Shown here one piece after another: positions 48,416 through 62,300 of a stretch of DNA of 64,000 nt. The position numbers were made by a program, and so were the translations under genes. The notes below the pieces were generated by a model, which was not told the origin of the DNA, did no database searches, and saw only the letters and a list, made by a program, of their open reading frames with translations. Position 1 is the first letter of the stretch. Each line of letters begins with the position of its first letter. Where the stretch lies: the NCBI RefSeq assembly GCF_964355755.1, contig NC_092670.1, positions 548,201 to 612,200 of the forward strand, written 5' to 3'. This stretch comes from Antedon mediterranea. Taxonomy: Eukaryota; Animalia; Echinodermata.

Positions 48416-51400
48416 TTAACTTCGCCGATTTCTAGGAATACTGATGTCGGATTTTGGGTCCGGAAATTTTGTGCTCCAGTGAACATCGCTGCATTTTGTA
48501 AGTCCCCTACACTCAGCGCCATTAGTTTTCTCGATATCCATACAGAACCCACCCATTATCCAAAACGTCCCAACAAGTTCGTCCACCCAGCTGTGAAGTT
48601 CCGCCCCGGTAGTTTTTCCTTTCTCGTTAGCAAGTTCAACAATAGATTCCGAATCTGCCAACTGAAATATAGTTTTCATACTTGTGAAATCACGATCTAC
48701 GTAGCTATTACGCGGTGGTCCGCTGTTTGTCGGTTCCGCATCCTCTTCAGTAATTCGTTGACCATTTTTTATCGATAGAGGAACAATAAGAAAATTTGTC
48801 TCCGCCACGACCATCCATTGATAAAGCATTTTAACGGTCCATTTTCCCGGGCGCAACGGTTTATTAAACTCCGGTTTGTGGTGCATTTCATCACAATCAC
48901 TTTCGACAGTTGTGTCGAAAGATGCAGCAATTTGATTGGTTGGGTCAATCCATGTGATTGTGATGGTATAAGGGTCACCTTCCCCCCATTTCATAAGAAT
49001 GATTGGTTCGTCAAGGGTTCCTAAAAGTTTACCATAGTTACGGAAGACTTGTTCTTTGGCATCGTACTCAGATCCTACCTGAAAAATAATTTAGAGCATT
49101 TTATTTTCAAGCTATGGATATCAACACCATTTTATTTCTAGTATAAAAAGATATTAACCAAATCACTGGTTACAAATCTAGGTCATGTTGTTAGATATTG
49201 GTGTCTAGTGTGTCATTAATAAATGTGCATTCAAAAACATTTGTCATTATTATGTAAGTGCACTAAAACATTGACAGAACATGGATCTAATTTTAAAACA
49301 AGTTGGAGAACTTACTTGCATTGATAAGAGACGTCCTGCAGGGCCTATTGGATTCACTATCTTCTGCCACTGTTGTGGAGTAAACAATCCCTCTATAGTT
49401 TCTTTCTCCCCAGATTCAAGTCTTGTTTCCAAGGTAATTATAATGCCCTTGAATTCTTCAGACATTTTGACAATGCTGACCTCTGTAGGAGTTGCGCTGA
49501 ACTTAAAATGACAACCGCTAGTGTGGACATTAGCCTGCAAGGAGGAGAAGTAGAAATAGTAACATTTATGAAGTCCCGGTTCACAACGATCCTATAAAGT
49601 ATATATTGTTTGTCAACCAAATGCTACTGAAACAGGACATAGGAATGTTAATAAGTAAAATCAATATTTTATTATTATATTTTTATTTATATTTTTACTA
49701 ATTCAACCAAAAGCTAATTAAATAGGACATAGGAACTAGTTACACATGTTAATTCATTGTGCGAATGCAATTGCCTTCTCACTCATTCTTTGACACAGTT
49801 TTGGCAAGAAACTTAGTTCCAGGCGAGGACCAACAACACAACATGTATAGGAGCTAGGTAATACATTAGGTGTAAAGAACAGAAGAAAAAGGTCAGAGTA
49901 AAATACATTTTACAATGTTACAATTTCACTTTATTGTGTTGTGCTTGAAATGAAATATAATAACAAATATCAATATCACTTTACAATTTCTAATTTAATT
50001 TATAATTTCTCTTACAAATATTTCAGACAATTGAATACAAACCCTGGCAACCCATTGTATATGGACAGCAGCCATTCGGACAAAGGCTTGATAAAATGTC
50101 ATCGCAGTGTCCGTCACCTTCGTCACGGTATCTTCGATATGATATATATTTTGCCAGTATGTACGTAGACCGTTAGTCCCTCGTGGATACTCCTGATACA
50201 TCCAATCCTCTACACGATTAACGATTTCCTGATTGATCACTGGTTCAAACTTTCTGGCAAAAAATGTTGGTCTGCTTGTCTGCAAAGTAAACATATAAAA
50301 ATACTATATATATATTTACGTCGTCTGCTAATATTTACGTCGTCTAATAGTATACTATAAATGAATTAGGCACTGAGAAACTGGGTATGCTGTATAATAT
50401 TTAGGTTTCATATTGAACATACAAATAATAGAGTGTTTGTGATGTCACCAATATCAATTTACTGACTACAATTAGACCTGGGGTCTAAATTGACGACAAC
50501 TTGAAACATGACAATATCATACTTTTACGTAACAAATCAAGTACAGTGGTATACGTAAGCTTGGTTCCCACTAGGACGTAACACACGTACATAAACGCAA
50601 CGTAAGCCAATGACAAGTTCGAATAATCCATAGCTTGTGATTGGTCAACTCACTTACGTTGTGTTAGGTCCTTGTGTCTCTAGTGGGAACCAAGCATTAG
50701 CAAATGCTTCACAATTTTTTAAGTATGGAAATCTATATGGATGGCAAATTAAGAATGAAACAATTGTCATACCTTGAGCCTGTTAAAATCCTCTGGCTTG
50801 AAGTCATTAGGGGAGCATCCACACCAGTCAACGATGTGTTTATGTTGACACTGACAACCTAGTTTACGTTTCCAGTTTGTCACACGCAAGTTGTTATCCA
50901 CGAACGTTTCACACAGTTCCGAGTTTTCAAGAACGGTGTGAAAAAACGACTACAAAGAAAACATAACTCAAATAAATAATAACTTGTATACCATTTCCCC
51001 TCATTTTTTATTCTGGAGCATAAATTAGTCAATGCAGACCACTAGTGCCATATTTAATTTCACTTGTAAATGAATAATTTGTAATTTTGCCTTTTAATGT
51101 AGTTTTCCTGTTTCTTCATATATGTATTTTGATATTCAATTTGTTTTTTATGACCTATAGCAACAATTTTAACCAATTTTATTGATATTTTGTAAATTGA
51201 AACCCAATTCAGCATTTTTCCTTCCATGTGTTAATCTTTTTGCTTTATGAATGAATACCAATGAATAATAATAACTAATGAAATTACCTCAGCTGGTAAA
51301 AGCGTATATTTGTAAAGATGTTTTAAACCATTAAGAAGTTCGTTGTCAGCCGTAATCAGGTATTTGCAGTAGTCCCGGTTCACAACGATCCAATCAGATC

Positions 51401-54400
51401 CACCGTCTACCACGATACCTTTAGGTAGCTCCCGTTCTCCTAGCCTCCACATGTGTGTATCGCACTCGTAGAAAGTTCGGTCCAAACCTTGCTTTTTTGT
51501 GAACCTGATAAAACACAAAATGGAATTTTTAAATGTTAATTACACAACTACTACTATACATCCAACTCACAGGCCAAACTTTCTTTCACAGTATTTCCGC
51601 AGCCATAACAACATTTTTTAACCAATCAGATAATTAATAAAGTGTGCAGGATCAGACATTACCGAACAACCAAATGCCCAATCACAACACTTGTTTTTTA
51701 GTTCAAAGGTTAAAAATTAACGAACATATCAGATAATTATCTGATTTGAATGAGATAATTATTGAGCGGAATCGGTTAAACTCCGTTTCCACAGGAATTT
51801 TATTGGTTAATTTTCTGCTGTGGAAACACAGCCTTCATACTGCCCATCTCCCTTGCTCATGTGCTTACCTGATTTCATCTCTACCATGGGATTTCAAAAA
51901 GTTATACTGTCTGTACTTAGTTAAGAATGCTACAACTTTCTCATTCGGTCTGAAAAAAAATAAAAACATGTTATCAATTTTCTTCCTTCCAGCAGCCATC
52001 TTACAGGACAACAAAATAAAATAATAAAATCTGGTGCAGAGTTAGGAACAAGGGATTCATGAAACAAGAGATTCATGAAACAAGGGATTCATGAAAATAG
52101 CGTCACAAAATAAAACACCTTTTTTTTACACAAAGTAATGCTCTGGCTACACTATTAAATTTTATGTAACAAAAAAGTGTGATGTGCCCAAATATGGTAG
52201 TGATGTGACATCATCATGTCCATATATGGGCACTCACTTGTTTGTGTCACAAAGTGTGATACTGTAGTGTAGATAAGGCTTTAAGCACATCATGTACTGC
52301 CAATTGCTTTCTGTCACACAGCAATCAGAAATTTATAGAATGATACAAAATTAATGAAATATAATCTAGAGTGGATGACAACCCATCAACATTTTATAGA
52401 TGTTAGTATAGATGATTAATAATGAATTAGCATAGTATGAATCATGCATACATCATTACAATACTTTTGATATTTTGCCAATTATATAGAATTCAGTCTG
52501 TGCAAAACCACCACAATTAAATAAAGGTCTTTAATCAACTTCAATACTTCATAGAAGTTTCTTAGCCACCTTTGATACATAATTCAACAATAATTTGTTA
52601 TGTATTCATTCACCAAAATGTTGTGCACAAGCAATGTGCAATAAACAAAAAATAAATTCATGATAATGTTTTGTATTACTGTACAGTAAAATATTATTTG
52701 ATGTGCCCAAATATGGTAATGATATGCCCAACTATGGTAGTGATATGAAATCATCATGTCCATATATGGGCACATCACATGTTTCTGTCTACACTATCAA
52801 CTTTATATGATAGTGTAGACAGAGCTTTACATAAATGTCTTTACTGACCTATTCTGTTATTTAGTATTATAAACTGTAATGAGAAACAACAACATAAATA
52901 TTCTGAATTTGAAATTGTTGAAACATTCTGACTGACGACAGTTTAATTCTGATTAACAACATCACTTACTTTTGCTATTTTTACTTCAGACGATTTTGAT
53001 CGAGTTTACAATAAAGTAATTTATCGGGGATCTTATTAAACTGTGATGCTCATAAGACTTAATCAAACACTGACAGATGACACCCAAGAATTACGTTAAA
53101 TTGTGACGATGTGTTAATGAACACGGCAACATAAGTGAGAAATAATAAGCTAATATTAGTTTACAAATGAGAGTGAATATTACATTTTTTTTTATGTACG
53201 GACATATTTTTTATTCACCGTTTTTGACAAGTTGAAGTTAAATTTTGCAAGGCAATCACAATAGGTAAATTGAAATTACTTGACTTGACTAAATGCTCTT
53301 CTAGGGAAGAGAAGAAGAGGAAGACCAAGATGCAAATGGGAAAAGACTACAACAGATGTGTTTGGCTCTATGGAGCAAGCAAGTAGGATGACAGAAGACA
53401 GAAGATGGTTTCAGAATACTGTTAAGAGAAGCAAAAGTTATTTAAAATCTTTTACGCAAAATGAATAGAGTTGTTAAAGGATTTGAACCCAGGACCACTC
53501 ATCTCCAATTTTATTTCCTTTTTTTGTAACCACACACATTACTCATAGTAGTAATAAACTACTTATTAAATCTTGAATTTGCTTTATAACATTTACAAGC
53601 CCTTGTCTCAAGATGCCTTTGTAATTACAATACTCACTTGATTGGAAAGTCTGATTCACTAAGATTAATGAAGAAATCCCATTGCCATTCAGGCATGTTA
53701 AGCAAATCATCCATACACTTGAGAAGCACCTGGAGTAGACTTGCTCCACCCCATATCGTTGCCATCCGCCATGGCGTCAATCGAACATTATCAATTGTTT
53801 TTGCTAATTTACTGAGTTCACGATGGAGGTAATCTGACCTCTGCAAAAAAAGAGAAGTTAAAGATAATTATAATTGATGACAATATAGGTTATTGTGACA
53901 CAAAACAAAATAATTACACAAACCAGAAATAGTGTTGGTACTGTAGCCCTAGAGAGGGGTGTTCAATGAATTTTCTACTTTTCGAGTATATCTCGCTCTT
54001 CGAGGAGAATATGGGATTTGTTGGTTTATCAAGGTAAGCTGTGCCTGAAATTGACTTGAAAATTGAAAATTAGAATGTCATATGCTGAATACAATCACTA
54101 TTGAAAGATGTAAAAAGATATACTCACCACGTCTACATGGATATAAAAATAATGTCGTGGGTCATTAAGCACCTTTATCAAGCGGCGAACCTGTCGAAGA
54201 GCGCGCCCATGGACCACTAGTACGTACACAATACGCACCGGTGATTCAGTGTTGATGGTATATGTATCTTCATCTACTTGAGTTGTAGCTTTTCCTATAG
54301 AAATACAAAGCTGATCATTAGGGACCCTCAAATACAAAGCTGATCATTAGGGACTCTCAAATACAAAGCTGATCATTAGGGACCCTCAAATACAAAGCTG

Positions 54401-57400
54401 ATCATTAGGGACCCTCAAAACCTATAGATACAAATTCACATTACTAAGGCTTTATAGCAGATATTTTACACTATGCTCTTGCACCCAAAGTTTTGATGCT
54501 AACACTATATATACATTCAGTATGCATAGGCCGATCAAAACAACTATATTAAACCCGCACTGGTTTGAAGTACCGATTATTTTTATGATGATTGATGCAT
54601 TTTGACTATTGCAGTTTAACGAGCAAGAGTCAATTAAGCAAGGATTATACAGATTAATATGCTATGAATAATAAGCAATACTAAAAAGCATAGAAAAAAC
54701 CAATGCAATACATACATTAAATATTGTTGAGTTAAGAGACTTTTTGTGATGTAACCAGACCCAATTTGATGTAGAAATATGAATTATGATAATTGCCTGA
54801 GACCTAGTTAGACTTACAACACAGTACACATCTTTAACATATCCATAAATAATGTATAAACTTCTACATTTCTCTTTTAAATGTTCAAACGAATTAATAA
54901 TACTATCAACCAGTTGTCTACATTCATACTACAGGAGGTAGCATCCAGGCCTATTACATATTATCTACAGGAGGTAGCATCCAGGCCTATTACATATTAT
55001 CTACAGGAGGTAGCATCCAGGCCTATTACATATTATCTACAGGAGGTAGCATCCAGGCCTAGTACATATTATCTACAGGAGGTAGCATCCAGGCCTATTA
55101 CATATTATCTACAGGAGGTAGCATCCAGGCCTATTACATATTATCTACAGGAGGTAGCATCCAGGCCTATTACATATTATCTACAGGAGGTAGCATCCAG
55201 GCCTATTACATATTATCTACAGGAGGTAGCATCCAGGCCTATTACATATTATCTACAGGAGGTAGCATCCAGGCCTATTACATATTATCTACAGGAGGTA
55301 GCATCCAGGCCTAGTACATATTATCTACAGGAGGTAGCATCCAGGCCTATTACATATTATCTACAGGAGGTAGCATCCAGGCCTATTACATATTATCTAC
55401 AGGAGGTAGCATCCAGGCCTATTACATATTATCTACAGGAGGTAGCATCCAGGCCTATTACATATTATCTACAGGAGGTAGCATCCAGGCCTAGTACATA
55501 TTATCTACAGGAGGTAGCATCCAGGCCTATTACATATTATCTACAGGAGGTAGCATCCAGGCCTATTACATATTATCTACAGGAGGTAGCATCCAGGCCT
55601 ATTACATATTATTGGAACATAGATTCAAAACCTATTTTTCCTATTTCCGTATGCTCTGTCTACACTACCAAACTTTATGTGACAAAAAAAATGTGATGTG
55701 AGGATATGGACACGATGATGTCATATCACTACCATATTTGGGCATATCACACAAAATTGTTTGATAGTGTAGACAGAGCTTTACAACAATCTTAAAATAA
55801 TATTTAGTAATAAAATTAATTAATTAATATTAAGAAATTTTACAGTTCAAAAAACATCCAAATTAATTGGTAGTGCTATAGAATACCTAGAATCATATAG
55901 ATATTATCAGTGACTTGAATCGTGGATGATGTATTGTACCGTTGGGAGTATTTACAATGAAAGTGTATTCTAATGAGAATTCAAATGCAAGGTTACAAAA
56001 ATATTAATAATAATCCTTTGATGGTGCTTCTTCAATTTATGCAAACAATAATTAAGTTACAGCAAACCTATCTCTTTAGCATTTACAATGATGCATTAAT
56101 CAATACATAAATTACGTTTGCATGCCTCCGGTAATTTTATACTTTTTAACCTGTACATTATTCCATAAATTAATGTTTAACGATATTAAGAGACGAGTAT
56201 TTTGCCTTTAAAGTGCATACTGTAATGCACAAATTAATATACTTTCGTTTGTGTGTGCAATGAAGCATGTTGTAATGTCCAATATTTAGTGATTAGATTA
56301 GAATGATGGTTGGTTGCTTGGATAGATTATTAGTATTATTTTAACTAGTTAGAAGACTGATAATGATGATAACTGATGATGATGGTAATTGATGATGATA
56401 ACTGATAATGATAACTGATGATGATAACTGATCATGATGGTAACTGATGATGATGATAACTGATGATGATGGTAACTGATGATGGTGGTAACTGATGATG
56501 GTGGTAACTGATGATGATGGTAACTGATGATGATGGTAACTGATGATGATGGTAACTGATGATGATAACTGATGATGATGGTAACTGATGATGATGGTGA
56601 TGATAACTGATTATGATGGTGATGATAACTGATTATGATGATGATGATGATGACATGATTGATTGATTTCAACACAGATTGTACATACAAAAAAAAATGT
56701 AAACAATTAAAAATCAGTACAACAGATTGTCAAGTTAAAAGGATATCCCAACAAGTAAAAAACTTCCATTGGGGTCCAGAAACACAGAGAAACAAATGAT
56801 GAATATGATTTACGGTAGTAACATTTTTTTGTATGGAGAGCCAACAGACTGAATTAAAAGTAACTGCTGTGCAAGTGATAATTTACAGATGTCATAACAT
56901 TAAAAATAATTGTTTGCTTAGATTAATGAATGTAAACTCTCTAACGAAAATTACTAAAATTTAAAATATGTCAAAATGTTATACAGTAATTAAGTTATCA
57001 TTCAAACTAATATTTTATATATATAATTCTAGAACACTTTTTTAATAAACAGTTCACGTATGCTGGGTCAACGAACAGAATTAAAAGTTATTAACTGACT
57101 GTGTGCGTAATATTTTACAGATGTCATAACATAGAAAAATGTTATCAAAAATACCTTCTTAAGTTTTATTGTTATTAATAATAATTTTCACTTCTTGTCA
57201 TTTCCATACAGTACTCGGTATAAAACAACTGATTCAAGGGATTTCTTGGAAAAATGTTTGTTAAATTTTGTACATAAATTTTCCATTGTACAGTATACAA
57301 ACATTGCATTTTAAATTGTACAGAAACATTCTATGAGTAGTAGTACAATCTTATTAATCTTAAACATTCTATGAGTAGTAGTACAATCTTATTAATCTTA

Positions 57401-57829
57401 GTCCTTACCTTTAAGAGGGCAATATCGCGGTAGTTTGGTGGGATACAGTGTGTTATCCTGAACCTGGCAGACTACATCAGCAATCCTCTGTTTACAGTCC
57501 TCCGTTTGTGCTCGGCTCAAAGCCGAAATTGCATCTTTGTTTTGAATGTCACATTTTGGAAGGTATTTTTTAGTCCTTGTTTCGTTCAAATAAAATTCAT
57601 TACTATCTTTATTTGCTGCAATATATTTTGTTTCTAATTGTTTATGTTTAAATTTGTCTTCAATATGTTTTCCACTTTTCTCCTCTACAGAGTTTGTAAT
57701 ATTTTTTATAATTAATTTACTGTTATTTACAGGTAAATGTGCTGCAAAGTTGACGACCTGTTCATTTATTACTGATTGGATGTTAGCAGAATTGATGTCC
57801 CCTCCGTGTTTCTTTTTTCTAAGTTCATC
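48416..57829 (-). CDS. XYLT: Protein O-xylosyltransferase (XYLT1/2/oxt ortholog), 5'-partial; exons include 57829-57409, about 54295-54129, about 53840-53638, about 51949-51869, about 51505-51288, about 50949-50773, about 50279-50043, 49534-49316, 49078-48416
   Basis: [29 protein letters not shown]; [29 protein letters not shown]; [25 protein letters not shown]; [24 protein letters not shown]; YTLLPAESFFHTV; [29 protein letters not shown]; [12 protein letters not shown]; [10 protein letters not shown]; [10 protein letters not shown]. Confidence 0.96.
53302..53435 (+). mobile_element. RTE-clade LINE 3' fragment
   Basis: [27 protein letters not shown] matches the RTE ORF C-terminal motif (RGRPxxxW..AxDRxxW). 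Confidence 0.65.
54301..54418. repeat. 29-bp tandem repeat x4 abutting a XYLT splice acceptor
   Basis: AAATACAAAGCTGATCATTAGGGACCCTC repeated. Confidence 0.95.
54929..55612. repeat. 36-bp minisatellite, about 19 copies
   Basis: CTACAGGAGGTAGCATCCAGGCCTATTACATATTAT; a T>G variant recurs in three copies. Confidence 0.97.
56360..56652. repeat. (GAT)n-based compound microsatellite
   Basis: GATGATGATGGTAACT-type units. Confidence 0.95.
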
Positions 57830-58189
57830 CTGAAATAAGAGAAGATTAATAGGTTAACATTCAATTTCATATCAACATCCAAATATGGATGAAACATGAG
57901 CAAAATCAATGTCAAAGTTACATTACTGCAGTAATATGTTTTGTTGATACTTTAAAAACTGTTTATGCAATTATTTAGCAAGCTTTTTCTGGATAACAAA
58001 CTGTTTATTGCAGTGACTATTTCACAAACTTATTCATTGTTCAAATAAATTAAAACAAATTTATTTTTTTTATTTATTCGGTATATAAAAATATATTACA
58101 AAATGACAGTCAAGGACTGAAATGAATTGTATTACAAATATAAAAATTAGTTAAAATTGTTATAAAAATAGAAACATCTAATTTAACAT

Positions 58190-59641
58190 TTAATTAGGTT
58201 ATATGCATTAATGCATAACCTCTTGATTCTGTCAGAATCTTTATTTATTTATTTATTTTTTCTTTCCTTAGCACTATTTGTCCGTCAATTATCTTGATAT
58301 CAGTTTCATATAACTAAGTCAATTTTTCAGAGTATATTCCTTATGGCCAGGAATCGATGTGGTTATGTTTTCACGGTGCGCAATCAAACATTACGCGGTC
58401 TACACGCGATTTAACGAAATCACGTTTGTAATCATATCTTCACAAGCATGAATCACTTTTAAACAAAATTTGGTACTCATAAATTTCAGGTCATATTTCA
58501 TCATATGGCAATACAATTACGTGCGTAGCGCATATAACGCATGCGTACGCGCGCTTAAAATGTTCAAAATTGTCAGAATTTATTTTCGATGAAATTAAGA
58601 GTACGTTTCAGGCAATTTTAAGCGTTTAAAAAATTGCCATAAGTGTGCAGATTTTTGCACGCGCACTGCGCGTCAAACATTATTGCGCACTGTTTTATTC
58701 CGATTACTGTTGTATAACCTTTCTTTAACAATATCATCATATTGTATTAACTTTTCAACGCGAAACAGCGTTATACGAGCACGTCAAAAGTGACAGGCTA
58801 CGCACGTGTAAGTTAACAAAATGGTGAAAATATTCTAAATTTTTAAATTAATATATATCGTTAGAATGCTCGGGAACACCGATTTTTTATTTCATTTTCT
58901 TGAAGTGTATGTATCATATGTATGATTTATTATGAAATTAAGAGAACAAAAGTTGATTAAGTCATCATTAATTGCATATTAAATTTACAAAAATTAATTT
59001 TGACAATCAAACAAATTATAACATTTTCTTAGGCCGAAATATCAAACTTAACATTAACTTTCTTCCTTAATAAGTTCATATATTAAAGTTAAAAGTATAT
59101 AGTTTGACAGTGCATTATTTTTAAAAATCTTTAAAGATGTCATCATAGTAAAACATTATAATTCATTGCGGTATGTAATAATCTATCTGCACCAAAATGG
59201 TTACTGCATAGTAAATACACGGAGGAATATTTCCATAATTTTTAGTCAGTTGTGTATGGCTCGGTGGTCTTTGCTCGTGTCTATAGCATTCAAGGTACCG
59301 AGTTCGAGTCTCACCTTGGGAAACGAAACGAAATAAGATTTTTTTTTTTATTATCCGTATTGTTTGCTCAATTGTATTTCTTAGTGTATAGATTATATAG
59401 ATGATTTATAATGAAATTTATTTAAAAACACAAATGTGGTTTATGACATTATATACGCAGAAGGATCTTTGATCGGATTATGATACCGGCTATTGTATTT
59501 GCGTTAGCAAGATCCTATCATATATTATAAATAACTAAAGATTCTGAGAAAATCAATCAAAATATCTTAAATCAATCAATTATCTTTATTTAAATCAATG
59601 CATATAACCTATAATTTGTCATAGTGACGAATTAAATCTAG
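58190..59641 (+). mobile_element. Helentron-type non-autonomous element, copy 2, in XYLT intron
   Basis: Colinear with the reverse complement of 40389-41862 along its whole length; ends ..GTCATAGTGACGAATTAAATCTAG|TT. Confidence 0.88.
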
Positions 59642-60272
59642 TTAAAATTACATATTGTACCATGAAATTAGAAAACATACATGAATAAAAAACCTCAAAA
59701 CATTCACTTATTACATCTAAAAAATGCCTTATTTTCAATCTTACTATTTTTAATGACAAAACAATATAATAGCACAAAAAAACAGATATAGTACTGTATC
59801 CAGATGCAAGACTGGCACACTAATCAGCAGTTCCAGTCTTCACTTAGTGCTCGGCTCAAAGCCAAAACTTTATTTTGAATGTCACAATTTCTCCCATCTA
59901 TGTTACTGTAGATGCGAGGAAAAGGAAGCTCTTTGACTAGACTCGACTGTACATTTATAAATACCGTAGTTCAAACTTCAAACATTTTGAAAAACGCCAT
60001 GTTGTTGAAATCAACCCTTAATGATATTACAGAACAACAAAACCATTACTAGCTGTCAGATACGAACTTAATCTTTTAACATATTTGTGCGAAAAGGCAT
60101 TCAATAAACTCTATTTTTAGAACCACCTGTAAAGGTAACATTGTAATACAGATCAAATGTGAAAAGCGTTTCAGATAGCCATATTTCAAGAAGATAAATT
60201 TACACTAGTGTTGAATGTTGTTGCCAACAATATTGTCATTAAATTCAAATTTTATTTGATTAACTATTTTAT

Positions 60273-61019
60273 GTTATATTGTGCTAAGGTAGATGGGGTT
60301 GTGACCCTGCTTAGTTATATTGTGCTAAGGTAGATGGGGTTGTGACCCTGCTTAGTTATATTGTGCTAAGGTAGATGGGGTTGTGACCCTGCTTAGTTAT
60401 ATTGTGCTAAGGTAGATGGGGTTGTGTGACCCTGCTTAGTTATATTGTGCTAAGGTAGATGGGGTTGTGTACCCTGCTTAGTTATATTGTGCTAAGGTAG
60501 ATGGGGTTGTGACCCTGCTTAGTTATATTGTGCTAAGGTAGATGGGGTTGTGACCCTGCTTAGTTATATTGTGCTAAGGTAGATGGGGTTGTGACCCTGC
60601 TTAGTTATATTGTGCTAAGGTAGATGGGGTTGTGACCCTGCTTAGTTATATTGTGCTAAGGTAGATGGGGTTGTGTACCCTGCTTAGTTATATTATGCTA
60701 AGGTAGATGGGGTTGTGACCCTGCTTAGTTATATTGTGCTAAGGTAGATGGGGTTGTGACCCTGCTTAGTTATATTGTGCTAAGATAGATGGGGTTGTGA
60801 CCCTGCTTAGTTATATTGTGCTAAGGTAGATGGGGTTGTGACCCTGCTTAGTTATATTGTGCTAAGGTAGATGGGGTTGTGACCCTGCTTAGTTATATTG
60901 TGCTAAGGTAGATGGGGTTGTGAACCTGCTTAGTTATATTGTGCTAAGGTAGATGGGGTTGTGACCCTGCTTAGTTATATTGTGCTAAGGTAGATGGGGT
61001 TGTGACCCTGCTTAGTTAT
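60273..61019. repeat. 41-bp minisatellite, about 18 copies
   Basis: GTTATATTGTGCTAAGGTAGATGGGGTTGTGACCCTGCTTA repeated. Confidence 0.97.
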
Positions 61020-62019
61020 TTTTTATTAACAGTTCTTACAATACATACAATCTGCACTATCAAACTAGTTTGACAAAAAAGTGTGATATGCCCAAATACA
61101 GTATGGTGGTGATATGGCCAAATATGGTAGTGATATGATATATCACGTGGGCACATCACATTTTTTGTCACATAAATTAAAAGTTTGATATTGTAGACAG
61201 AGCTTTATACAGTCAGAGACTGGAATACCCTTCCATACTCCACAACTGGCACTAGATACAGCTCCACATTTTACTTTATTAGCATAATACTAAAAATAGT
61301 CTTAACATATTGTGTTTGGTTATAAGGTAGATGAGTTTATACCTTCTTCTTCCCTCCCACTCTAGATCCTTGACAACAAAACACCTTAACTAAAAAGCAA
61401 ATGAATTTCTTACAAGACTTTTAAACTGACAAGACTACAATTACTTGCGAAACATTAAACGTAGTTTCAATTACCAAAATCCTGCAAGCGATGTTTCATC
61501 ACTAACTGTAAATGAGTTGCCAGCGGCAACCATCAACAAATGATAGATTAAATACAATTTATGAATATTAGCCAAACTTTAAGCTATTATATTTCATGTT
61601 TATGTTTTTTGAATTTCAATTGAAATTGTTTCTTTTTAACCTTTTACACTGTCCTCCCTAACCCCCCCCCCCCCTCTATCAATAGGGTAAAGTACTGTAG
61701 AGGGTGATTTAAACATTTAGAAAACAAGGGGAAATATAGTCAATTGTTCAGAGTTTTATGCGTTGCGTTCTCAAACTGGATACGAAAGTTTGACTCTACA
61801 AATTTAGTGCACCGCTTGCTTTAACATAATATTGTATAGAGTAGGTTAGAGTAGAGTAGGTTAATCATGAGGCGTCATTAATGCTGTACAATCGCACCAC
61901 AGGGACAACCATCTGTTAACCCTTGATCTCTAAACCCCTCTTGCTTATGTTTTTTATTAATAGTTCTAATAAACTTCCTCTATTTAAGGATTCAATGCCA
62001 TGCAAATCAATTCAATTTA

Positions 62020-62300
62020 TTATTATTATTAAACATTTAATTCATCAAATGCCATACAAATAGTACAAAGCATAAATTAGGACCAACCTAGAAGTAAACT
62101 TGTCTCAGTTGACCCTTTAACATGGTTACACAAAATAATAAGAACAAGTGAGAATATGAAGCATCAGTAATAATATATAATAGAAATGAAATGTTCAATA
62201 TCTTTCTTAAATTGAACAAAATGTTTGATTTCTTTTATACAGTACTAATAGGAAGCTTGTTCCATTGGGTGTGGCTTGGGTGTGGCCCGGCGGTTTACAA
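62020..62300 (-). mobile_element. L2/CR1-like LINE 3' remnant
   Basis: Minus-strand GP..WNKLP..FKKDI followed by a stem-loop tail and (AAT)n. Confidence 0.45.

Noticed and set aside
54881-55696. 271-aa ORF ([12 protein letters not shown])n; also a CRISPR-like 36-bp periodicity
   Set aside because: Pure tandem repeat with no unique spacers and no cas genes. The ORF results from a stop-free 36-bp unit antisense in a XYLT intron.
56349-56690. His/Ser/Ile-rich 113-aa ORF
   Set aside because: Translation of a (GAT)n microsatellite.
60273-61019. 41-bp hairpin-forming array as a CRISPR array
   Set aside because: Units are contiguous with no variable spacers, and the context is a eukaryotic intron.
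61661-61674. Poly-C run as a G-quadruplex element
   Set aside because: An isolated homopolymer with no supporting context.
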